This document shows positions 50,364 through 62,528 of a stretch of 64,000 nt of DNA, in pieces. The translations under genes and the position numbers were made by a program. Within the stretch, counting starts at the first letter, position 1. The number at the start of each line of letters is the position of its first letter. The DNA lies in contig NW_026862013.1 of NCBI RefSeq assembly GCF_026571515.1, positions 186,001 through 250,000 on the forward strand, given 5' to 3'. The DNA comes from Ruditapes philippinarum (taxonomy: Eukaryota). The notes below the pieces were generated by a model that was given only the letters and a program-made list of their open reading frames with translations, did not search any database and was not told the DNA's origin.

Positions 50364-53298
50364 CATAGTCTACCAATTTTAGAATTTTTTCTGAGGAAGA
50401 CTAGACCCCGAAAGCTAAAGAAAAACCGTTTTGCTTTCATTGAACTGATTATACATAGTTTACCAAGAAATATTTAAATCATGGTTAAATTTAAAGCTGA
50501 ATAGGTCTTATAATTGTTTTATCTAAAAGTGAAAAAGTATAAAATACTAGTATATAAACAGTTAACAATTGTGATAACTATTTAATGATTATTTATTTGA
50601 AAAAATATTTGCTAGCTATGATTAAATATGTACAGGAATATCTCACAACATGCTTGTTTGTTAATCTATAATTTGTGTGCTACTTTTACAAATCAGAATT
50701 TCATTTTTCAATTGAAAATACAGTGAGAAATGTATGAGATAAATTCTGTTATGTGTATTAAATGCATTTTGCTAAGCTTTGGTAATGGGTTTAAGGTTTT
50801 TATGTGCGACTCCCAGCATGAATCTGTTTTTGTTTTGAAATAAGTGTGGGAAATTTTTTAAAGCTTTGCACTGGCACAATACAAATCAATGTTTAAAAAA
50901 TGGCTTGAAGGTCATGTTATCAAAGTTTATAAAAAATTAAAATTTTTTCATCATGATTGTTGTTTCAGTTGCTGAAATGAATAATAATGATTGTCTTATT
51001 TTTTTTGTAAATGAACAAAGAATAATTTTCTTTTTTGGCTTTGAATTTGATAATATGTTTTAATTGTGCTGTGCTTGTAGTGTACAGATTTCTCTACAGT
51101 GACATGCTATACACATTTCTGTCATTTTGGATATTTACAGTCTCAGACAAAGAACATCAGAATTTATTTATAGCACTGATCCACTGCATGAAATGAACAT
51201 ATTGAATAAATTGTCGATACAGTTTCCAGCAATCATATTCTCCTCAGAATCAATAATGTCTGTAGATTATAACTTTGATTTTTTTATAAAGATCTATCTA
51301 TTTTGGAACATGTTTGTGCGTTGTTGATGAGTAACTGTTAAATAAGTACATGTATTTATGTTGTCTGTCCTATCATGATTGTATCATGGGTTAAACTATT
51401 AAGTGTGTGTGTTTGCTTCCTAAGCAATATTTCTGTCATACGTTTTAATGATTTCCAAAAAAACAACTTATAAAAGGGCAACTTCAACTGAATTGTGTTA
51501 TTTAGTTTTTGTCCGACAGTAAACGTCCTATGGTAATAATAAAAAGAAACCAAGTGCCTAAAGTTAACCTAGTGTAAATGTTAGACTTTTTGACAAGTAT
51601 ATAATGATATTTTTATGTGATACAGATTTGAATTAAAGAGTTTTTCTGTAATTTATAAATTATATAGCATTTTCTTTAACTTTTTGTCAGTGTTTCTTAG
51701 TTGTTACACTAATGCAACTGTGAAGTATGATAATGTACCAATAATTACAATGTATAAATATAATTTTTACTCCATGGACCCCTTAATATTGTTAGTTTCA
51801 CCCTTATTTAATAATACTTTAATATGTATTGGCTGAAATATGGTATATAAAAATTATAACCAAAAGAATTAAGTGACTTTATTGTAAATCATGTCTTCCA
51901 AGTCTGAATTGGTTTGGTTTAAAGTCATGGTCATCGAGATCTAATAATGTTCCAAAAGTATTTGTCTTGGGAAACCATGGTTACGACTCCAAACAATATT
52001 TCAGGGACCAGATGGGTGGGTGCCTGGGATAGTCTCTACCATTCCATAAACAAAACCTGAATTTAGATGACTGTTTTAACAGGAAAACATTATATAATAG
52101 TAGTGTGATAAATGGGTTGTGAATGAAAAAGAACCGATCAAGTGAAAGTTGATATTGATTTATAGATATAGGTATAAATTATTTATGTTTGCAGTCATAA
52201 TATTGCTATTATATTAATTGTCTCTCATAGTGGTGCTAATACACTTATAGAATATAACGTGATATTAAATTAATTGTTGCCTAGCTTTTCCATGAAAAAA
52301 CATTATTGTCTGGTTATTATCTATTTTTTATGCTTGTATACATTATGATAAGGTAATACAATTTTATTTTGCAGTGTCATTATGACAATAAAGTATAAAA
52401 AAAATCTTCAAAGTGTTTTTAATGTTGTCTTGTGTTCAGGTGCATTGCAATGAAAAAAAAAACATGCAGAAACATAATCAATTTTAAAATCTCATGTATT
52501 GCTAAATTTGTGAAATTGACTTGCCATTTGAGCAGTCAACAATATTGTATGCCAGGACCTGTAAGAATAGCGGTTTTGGAAACTTATTTACATGGGCAAA
52601 TATCTCACACTCAACGTGCAGCACTTCTGAAACGTATCCTACCATCGCGATTCACTCTTTTAACAAAAATGAAAGTCAAGTTCAATGTATTAAAATATGT
52701 GAGCTAATCTACTAAATGTCACGAATCAAATAGATTGAAATTACTTTCACACTGCATGAGTCCTACTCAACCTAGGTCGCCTTTCAATATCCAATATCAT
52801 TTGTTACTAAACAATAGCAACACTTAACTATCGCAAATCTTTCGTAAAATCGATATTATGATGCTTTTCATGTTAGAACTCCATGTTTCTGTATGATTAA
52901 CTATGCCTCTTGATGACTAATCTCATTTTGATTATATTTTAATTGAATATCGCACAAAATACGAAGTAAGTAGAAAAATCTTTGCAAACGGTAACGCTTT
53001 TTGGCAACCAGTTTAAGTAATGGACTTGAAGATGGCTTATAAACACTTTTATATTATACATGCTTTGCAACTTTAATATTGATTGTGTTTTTTGTTTTAT
53101 CAAGAATACTCTTGCTTTTTATGAGCAATCTCATAGTGATTTATTGTCATTGAATTTTTCACACATAAAGCATTGGTCAGTAGGAACTTTTGTGCCACGG
53201 ACGTCAGGCGCCTATAGCCCCGCCCCGCTTTTCAAAACTGGGGCCCCGTAGAAAATTGATCTAGTTTCTGTGTCCAGGTGAGTGAAAAAAATAATAAT

Positions 53299-53433
53299 AT
53301 TGGGTTAGTTTAGAGGATGGGGAAAATTTCCCAACCCTGGGGAATCGGTTCCATCGGAAACTCGCCAAGGCTCGTTCCCGATAGAACCGATCACCCTTGG
53401 GTTGGGATTTCCCTATCCTCAATCTAACCCAAT
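53299..53433. mobile_element. Foldback MITE forming a ~60-bp imperfect hairpin
   Basis: attgggttag...gaggat.ggga...tcccaaccc...atcggttc.atcgg mirrored by ccgat.gaaccgat...gggttggga...tccc.atcctc...ctaacccaat. Confidence 0.8.
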
Positions 53434-54039
53434 GATAGATTCTATTAATATATTAATGACAATATGACAGTGTTAAAATATCTCACATTAGCCATCAGAG
53501 AGTTCAAAACAATGTCCAGAATTCGTCCTGAACCTCAAACCTTGCGACATCCTTTATTATGCCATGTAAATGTTTTAATGTTTGGCCACATCCCAATTCG
53601 GGACTTAATTATGGAATCTATGGAAGCCAAAAAAGTGCAAGATTTGCAATAACCTTTAATTATGCTATGCCATTGAAAGAATATAAGGTTGTCTGTAGTT
53701 TTTAAAATACATGTACTTGAAAAGTTTGGCTCTATTCTTGTGGCATAAGGCTCATCACTTTTGGGTGCAAAACAAACCCAAAGGTTTACATGATAGTAGT
53801 AGACTTATAGTTTTAAACAATAAAAGAATTTAACCTGAGACCAAAATGCCAACATTAACATAAAATGTTCTATAATTAAAGCATGTACTTAACATGCTCA
53901 GTGATTTATAATGGCTGTTTGTCTGCACTTCATCATCATTGTCATTTATCAAGGAATTTTAATGTTACAATAATGACTTCACATTGCTAGATTGTATAAA
54001 TTGTTCTAAATAAGTAAGGTTATGTTATACAAACAACAA

Positions 54040-54720
54040 AAGCAGGGAATCTTTGATGTCTGTCAGTACTTTGTCTTGAAAATGCAGGAATTGGTGCTCT
54101 ATCTGATACTAGCAGGAAGCTTTTGTCACATTCCCTGTCTTGTAAGTGCAGAAAATGTTTGAAGACAAGTCCTCTGTCTTCTTAATGTAAGAAAGGTTTG
54201 GTCATGTTATGGCAGGAAATGTATGGTGGATAACTCTTTGTTTTGTTGTGGTAGGAAAGGTTTTATGTCTAACTCTTTATTTTGTTATAGCAGGAAATGT
54301 TTGATGTCTACATCAAATTCCTTATCTTGTTATGACAGGAAATGTTTTGTGTTGTTATGACCAGAAATATTTGGTGTCTTAGCTCTCTGTTTTGTTATGG
54401 CAGGAAATGTTTAGTGTCTTTTTATGTCAGGAAATGTTTGGTGCCCAACCTTCTGTTTTGTTATAACCGGAAATGTTTGGTGCCTTAAACCTTCCATCTT
54501 ATTATGGCATGAACTGTTTGGTGTCTTAAACCTTCCATCTTGTTATGGCATGAAATGTTTGGTGTCTTAAACCTTTCATCTTGTTATGGCATGAAATGTT
54601 TGGTGTCTTAAACCTTCCATCTTGTTATGGCATGAAATGTTTGGTGTCTTAAACCTTCCATCTCGTTATGGCATGAAACGTTTGATGTCTTAAACCTTCC
54701 ATCTTGTTATGGCATAAAAA
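54040..54720. repeat. 41-bp minisatellite (ggcatgaaatgtttggtgtcttaaaccttccatcttgttat) with a degenerate 5' flank
   Basis: Near-identical copies at 54470-54715; increasingly diverged copies upstream. Confidence 0.9.
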
Positions 54721-57389
54721 CATTAATGAAATGTGTTGTTGTATCTGGGAATGTTTTAATGTCTTTCTAATCATTTTGACATCATAGAAATGCATATCTG
54801 TCTCTTAGTTATAACAGGAAAGGTGTTGTTAAACCAACTGTTTTGAAATAACATGTTTAAAGGATGGGATTTTAATGTCCCTTATCCATCAGTGTTTTTA
54901 GGTCATAGTTACATGAGTTTAAAACGTTATTTATATTTCTTCAATTAAATGAGGTTTGTCTGCTTTTAGTTTTGTCTTAATTACCATATTTGAGACAAGT
55001 TTGTTTGAAATATTTCATAATGGTTTGCCATATGTTTGTTCAGACTTTGAAATAGTGTGTAATATTTATACAAATTGTTTTGAAAAGGTATGCATCAACA
55101 TAAATATAAAAGAAAAAATACAGTCAAACCTAGATAACACTTATCCATAATGCCCCCATCTCCATCTAAAGCTTTCGTAAACTGGCGTATTTTGTGACTA
55201 TGGCACCCTTGTTTCATTTTCAAAAGGCTTGTTTTACTGACAGGTTTCACTGTACTGTTTCATGTAGAAAGTGACACATAATTTGCAAAATGTTGATGTT
55301 TTCTAGATTCAAAAATTTACCAAGCCTCATTTATTATTCATTTAAGCAGGTAGAACTCATAAATAGTGGTTATTATGCATGAAATGTCCTGAAGAATTTT
55401 GGGGGTATGGTCTATCATTGAAAGAAGGTAAAAGTGTGGGTAAAAGGTATTTACATTTATATTGGATCTCAATGTTTTATTACCTGTTGAAGTCTCCCAA
55501 TAATGAAATATATACATAATTATTATAAACTACTTTGAACCTATGTAAGTTATTTTATCTGAAGATATATGTTTTACCTTAAATCATATCATTTTATCAA
55601 ATTTCTAAACCTAGTCATCTTGGAGACACAGCTAGCTTTGAAATATTTTTTGATATGTTAGAATGTTAAATGTTGTGTTGAACATTTTGATAAAGTCAAC
55701 ATTTTGCACTGTCAGAATGGAAATATAGGTGAACCCTTCTTATAAAGACCAGTGGAAATTGGTCTTTCTTTACAGGTGGTCATTCAAAGTAAACTTTGTA
55801 GCTGTAAAGAAATGGGTTTCAAGACTATTTCTGGTCAATATTTGAAGATTTTATTACATGTACTTGGATAGAACTGAAGTTAAATTAATTTTTGAGCAAA
55901 CAAATGAATTGATATAAAATTCTTTTTGATATAATTATTATGTTAAAATGCTGAATAAGCAAAAATATGTCAGTATGGATCAACCTGAAAGTCGTTGTTT
56001 CTTTACTTATGACTATGGTACCTCTTTTGTATTTGAGAAAGCAAATTATACTGAATAAGGGGATTGTTTCTCAAAAATGCCATATATACAAACATAGATG
56101 TTGTAATAAGCGTTAAATCAAAATGTGCTGACTTTACATATATTTAGAAAAGCTTCATGACCATGTAAGACTGTATTAGAACTTTATTGATGATTTCTGC
56201 AGAAAGTAAATCACACTCTTGTTGCTGAACACAGGCGTCTTGTTTATAATTATCCAATAAAATGTCACTCAGATATAAAAATAGAAATTCGAGACTGGAA
56301 AATTGAAGATTTATTGCAATATTGTATTTATTTCTTTGATAGTGTTACTTTGAACTCTTATTGTAATATTTTAGAATTTAAAACAACATGTACAATATGG
56401 TTTTGTCTAGGTGTCAGTTGACGGTCATGTTTTTCACATGATTGAATCTTTAACTGTACAACTTGGATATAAAGTCTCTTACAGTGTATATTTCAAGAGT
56501 TGGTTGCAATTTTGTTGTAACTTGGTGTATATAAAGAACAAGTTACGAGCTTGTTGAAAATATTGATAAAGTCTGGTTAATCCCAAAGTTGGAAATAATC
56601 CTTGTGAAGTAAGCTGGTCAATGATAGATCTGTATGTGATGTCAGGTGGAAGAAAAATATCTGATTATATTTTATCTGGGATATTGTAATTTAACAACTA
56701 AAAATAACAGTGTACTTTAAACCTTAAAACCTGCTGATTTTGTGTAATGGGCTGATCCATCTATGAGTGTGGAAGAGTCCATTGTTTATATAAAGGGATT
56801 TTGATATCAAAGTATTAAAATTGAGCTTTAGACTCCTGGCAAAGGCCTTTCTTTATGGCTCCATGTGTCCAAAGCAATGAATTATTGGAGACTTTCCCAT
56901 GTCATATACAGATAGTCACCAATAGTCACCAATTTAACAAGGGTACTATGACATTGGTTGTTTGTACAAGAACATTTGTCATACAATAAAAGTCATATCA
57001 AATTATTTACTTTTCAAGACTTCAGGTAATAATTGATTTTGATTTCTTTATAATTATATCCTTAGCTAAAATATTACATCACGTACACAAATAGGTGTTT
57101 ATTCTAAATATTTGTAGAAAACTTTGATTGTGACTAAAATGCCACAGGGTATGAGAGAATAAAAAAAAATCCATTATAGTTAATATATTACATTTGCTCC
57201 CCCCCCTGACTACCTTAATGTAACAAACATATAAATGAAAGAGGCAATGCAAATATCTTGTGAATAAAGTATCATATTATATTTGGTCATAAAACTGAGT
57301 ATGTAAAAAAATTTAAACAGCTAAAAGCTGAGACATTATATATATTATACAGGTACGGGGACAAATATTTAGCATGCATTTCTGATTGG

Positions 57390-57590
57390 TTGACTAGTGG
57401 CTGAGTGGTAAAGGTCACCAACTTCAAATCAATCGCCCTCAGTTTGTTGTTGGTTTGAATCCTGTGAGGAACTTTATATGTTTTCATGTGCGAAAGCTAT
57501 CCAGCTAGCTTATGGAAAGTCCGTGGTTCTACTCAGATGCCGCTCATGCCTGAAATAATGCATGAAAGGGCACTTTTAGTGTTCCTCCAC
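57390..57590 (+). mobile_element. tRNA-derived SINE (same family as 34413-34658)
   Basis: A box gtggctgagtggtaaagg, B box ggtttgaatcc, core catgtg..aagctatccagctagctta.ggaa...gtggttctactcag. Confidence 0.8.
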
Positions 57591-59031
57591 TCCAGACACT
57601 ATCCAGTATTAGCACAATAGGTAAAGCCTTGGACAGTGAATCAGGCCATTTGGGTTCAATTCTCAGATCATGCAGGTCACTTTCGTTGATTAATTAAATA
57701 GCTTTTGTAAATAAACTTTTCCTCATGTTCACAAAATTTACCTTTGTGGTGGTAATGGTATACTTTACTGGCATTCCAGAGAATACTGTAGTCCTGCGCT
57801 CAATTCCTGCTACAGTGCCTAGCATTTTTTTTATGTGTGAGTTATATTTTCCATCTATAAATTACCATATAGAACTCAAACTATTCCTTTTATGGTGTGG
57901 TACAGTCTGACATGTATATAAATGTTTTTTTGATGTCCCACTCAAGATTTTTATCTCAGGCCATTAAATGCTGATTACACACTTAAAACAGATTTATTTT
58001 TGCTTTACAGTAAACCTGGCATGGACTTGAAATGCATTATTTGCATAATTTCATGATTCATGTGTTAATGGCATACACAACATTACAGTAGTCATGAGAT
58101 ATAAAAACATTTAGCCTTGTGGACATGCATTCACTTAACATACAATATATAAATTGTTTGAAATCCATCTTTAAATGAATACATATATAATTATATATAT
58201 ATTTATAATTATAATTAAATAAAACACCTCCAAGTGACATCACTTGTAATATCCACAGGAAGTATTTTTTTGTAAAAATAATGAGAAGATAAATGAGGGA
58301 TGTTTTGTCACTTTTGTTGTCTAATATTAGACGTAAGCAGCCTTCAGTTTGTTTGAAAAATGTGCGGTTATGACCAACCATAATTATGTACCTGTCAAAG
58401 GTCATACAATTCGTGTATAAAACATCTGTTAGGCTATTTCCCCCAATACTTTCTCCACCCCATATGTCTGGTCATATATTGCCTTAAGACATTCTTATGA
58501 GTGAAAACAATATTGTTGTATCTCTTTCTTTATGTCATATGAATATTGACCATTTTTGCACCAAACTTTAAAAACCTTTGGTGTAATCAGCTGACTTGGT
58601 CATTTAGTCCACTCAGTGATAGCATCAGAGGGAGGGTCCACGTTTCTGAGATTTGGGGTAAATTTTATTTACTGAACTGCTTGAGAAATTGAATGTTTAA
58701 TTGTTCGCTGACTTTTGTATCTGCTGAGTAAACATTAATTTTACCACCTAAATAGATAGTTCATTGTGGTGTTAATATAGAAATACTACTTATGGATATG
58801 CACACATTTTAGAATGGAAATCTGTGGCTTTTATTATTTATTTAGCAGGGTTTTTTTTAATCGGTAAATTTCATAGATCATTTAAGGTCATATGGTAACT
58901 TTTAAGATGGCAGAAAAAGTTTGATAATTACCCACAACGACACGAAGTAAAAAACCCCCCAAAAAACAGTCATCCCAAGCTTATTGCTCCTCTTGCTCTA
59001 CGATGGAAGTCAGTGTAGTTAGCAGTGTTCT

Positions 59032-59120
59032 CTGTTTCCTCTTCCGCTGTTTCCCCTTCTGCTGTTTCCCCTTCTGCTGTTTCCTCTTCCATTGTTTCCC
59101 CTTCCGCTGTTTCCCCTTCT
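59032..59120. repeat. 15-bp tandem repeat (ctgtttccccttc(c/t)g) x ~6
   Basis: Direct tandem repetition. Confidence 0.9.
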
Positions 59121-59957
59121 TACTCATGCTTTCTGTATATAGCTTAACTTGCTTTCAAATAGGTTCAGCTATGCCCCTGAAGATCTAAATTTGGAACTGA
59201 ATATGAAACTTCAATGCAAATGAATGATAAAATGTAAACAGATTAAATTTTAACCCACAGATTAAATTTGAACCTACAGATTTAATTTGAACCCACACAC
59301 TAATAAGAAAATAAATTGTTAAATCATGTCTTTATTCCTTTATTCTTTTTATATGTTTGGTTGTCTTAGCATAATTAGAGTTCATTGCATAACTGATGTT
59401 ACTTTTTGTTATAAGTCGAGTTTGTTACAACATTGTTGAATCAATCTCTCAGTTTGAGATTTTCATGATAAGATGAGATTACCAGTATTATAATCTGAGA
59501 ACACAATGGTTGACAATATCATAGCATACAAGTACAGGTACATGCCCACAGGGTTTTAAAACCACATTGTAAATTGCATGATATATAGTAGTTATAAATG
59601 ACTGTTTTTGATAACATGTGAAAGGTGCACTGATTTTTGTAGATGAGAAAGCAAATACACCAGTTATTTTTGTTATCTTTGTCACACAAATTGTCTGTTA
59701 TGGGACAAGGAAGATAATGTTTAATGACAGAAATGATTAAGGCTATGTGAGTGACTAGCAAGGTTTAGATCATTATACATTTTCACTATTATGGGTTTCG
59801 TTTAAGTGTTGAAAATTGAGTACCCGCCCAAGCCAGTGCTGAGGGGCACTTTTTTCATTATCCCTACTTGTAATGTACAGAATGAAACCAAGTCTGCAAT
59901 TTTCATGTAATTTTGTTGTTTGTAATGCTTCAGAGGAATCACCCTTTTCCCAGACTT

Positions 59958-60166
59958 TTAACCCTCAGCCTGCTTGCTTCGAGTTCAACTAAATCTGCCC
60001 ATACTATCAGTGCAGACCAAGATCAGCCAGCCTGCTGAGGTCTGTGCTAGCCACAGCTCAGTCATAATTATTTCGAAATATTTCTAAAGATAATGAATGG
60101 GCTACTCTGGATTGAATACTGGTAATGGATATGTCCATTTATGATACTTAATGTGGTAAGGGTTAA
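59958..60166. mobile_element. TTAA-flanked MITE (ttaaccct...agggttaa)
   Basis: Terminal inverted repeat including TTAA; internal gcagaccaagatcagcc motif shared with 27800-27980. Confidence 0.65.
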
Positions 60167-60469
60167 TATGAAAGCTGTCAGGAAATATGGACAACCTGTT
60201 AATAATGCTGATTATCAATAGCCCCTCCCTTGTTTGAACCCCATATAGGGCAGTAAATGATTAAACACTGGTTTGCCTTTAATAATGTACTGGTCAGCAT
60301 CTTTGGCTTTATCCTCAAAGCTCATTTTAAGAATCAGAAGACCAAGTGGATATGTCTTCTAAAGTGAGAAAATGCCGCAGCGGCAGCCCTTCACTATACT
60401 GGAAGAAGAAACTAAATTTTAAAACCTCTAGAATGTTTGCCACTGTAGAATTTATAACTTGAGACCATC

Positions 60470-60653
60470 TTAACCCATAACCTGCTGGAACCAAAAGGTG
60501 ATTTTAGCCTTTGCCACAAGTATAGAGACAAGCCAGCATGCACATCCGGGCAGCCTGACCTGATGCTCTATACTGTTGGCTGACCTAAACCACAAAACTG
60601 ATAATGGACAGCTGAACAAGTTCATTTAAGAAAATTAGTGGGTTATGGGTTAA
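60470..60653. mobile_element. TTAA-flanked MITE with 13-bp terminal inverted repeat
   Basis: TTAACCCATAACC ... GGTTATGGGTTAA. Confidence 0.75.
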
Positions 60654-62528
60654 ACAGACAGTATTTGCCATATCCGACAACTTGATGATTTGATCAAGTG
60701 ATCTAGATCAGACCAGTCTGACACTCAGATGATGACAAGAGTATATTCTGAGTATTCTACTTCTTACCTCTCTGACCGCATGCAGTGGCCATGCAAAGGT
60801 CAAAGCAAAAGATAAAGTAAATGGTGAGACATTTAACACCAGGGGTCACTATCAAACTTTTCAATTTTCGGTATCAATTTTCACTTGTACCTCAAATTAT
60901 AATGCCCATTCTATTCACCTACATGTGATTTTTCACTTCAACCACAAAACATTGGTTTTATAGATGTTCATGTTGCCCTAGGGCTCATAAAAAGGAGAAA
61001 TATATGCATTAAAAATCACTTACACAATAAATCTTTTAAGAGCGACTGTGATTCAGGCAAGTGATCAAAGTTAAGATTAACCCAGTATGAAAAGATCAGT
61101 AAAGAGAATATACAATTTTGAATTTGGTAGACATTAAGTTATCTTGATGACATAAAACACATATGTTTAGAAAGACAGAGTTGATATTTGAGATATCTCA
61201 TAAATATACTTCAATGTAGGCAATAAAGATAGACCTTGTTTTAAAAGTTCCATAAATGATATGATATGGCATTTTTATGTTTGCTTTAATATTAGGTCAA
61301 CTTTCTGCATTTATTTCCTAATGGAACACTATTTCCATTGTAGTTGACTAATCGCAAGAATGGGTTCACTGATTCATAAAATACCTATGTTTGTACACTT
61401 TTATATCGAAAGTAAAGTGACGGTGAAATAAGAATACCAATAAAATATTTGAAATTTATGTGCTGTAAAAAATTCGTTACACTGGAATGATTTTTCAATA
61501 GGAGAGTGTTAAGTGACATTATGAACCGCAATACTTTGGATTAAATTTATTTTAAACCTTGATATAAAGTAAAATAAATGTTGCGAATGAAGTGTGTAGT
61601 GATTATAAATAAATATATGTATTGTGTGGCGGTTTAAAGTACACTAAATACAATATTCACCTTTTTGTCAGACTTTCGAATAAAGGTGTGTAATATATGT
61701 TTTGTCAACGAGAGGCAATGACTGTGTTGTGTTTGATTGATAAGCGACTTTCATTTTCGGCGGGACTTACTTACTAATGACAGTACACTGCGGCAATCTA
61801 GCCGTGCGTAATAAACTGCTTCACAATTGGATAAGCAAACCACATGAGCTGGGGATTTTGAATTTGAAATTTGAATTTTGTTGTCACATGATATCTTTAT
61901 TGAATGAAGTTAAACATTTCGGTTATTGGAAGGATGAGTTTTATTAATGTTTTTTTTTAGGACACAAGTAATTTTTTTAAAGTGAAAATAAGTATGTTGT
62001 TGATGGGATATTATAATCACAAGGCGTGACAAACAAGATCGAGATAAGTAAGCTGTGAATTACATATTTTGCTGACTGGTTTTGCTTTATGAATTTTAAA
62101 TAAGTATCGAGATGATTAGGATGAATATATGTGGGTGAGAATTTGAATTGTGGGTGAAATCAAGCAAATATTCTATATACATGAGGAACTGTTAGACTGA
62201 GAAATCATATTTTATACACAAAACATGGTCTAAACGACCTGAGATTAACTTTGTTTAGAAAAGGTTGATTATTATTTCACATTTTGAAAATTACGTGACC
62301 TTGATACAAAGTGCACTGTGTTTTACAACATGTAACATTAATGACATTGTTGGATTTGAAATGAAAAGTAAGAATTAACAAATAATTTTCGTAAAGTTGT
62401 TTGATGACAGTGGAGGGAAAGCAAAGAAAAAGTGGTTGACTGAAGAATAAAAAAACAGCAAGTGACATTTTGTAAAAAAGATAAAAGATATTTCATTCAG
62501 GAACAAAAAACAACGAAACTAATTGAAA

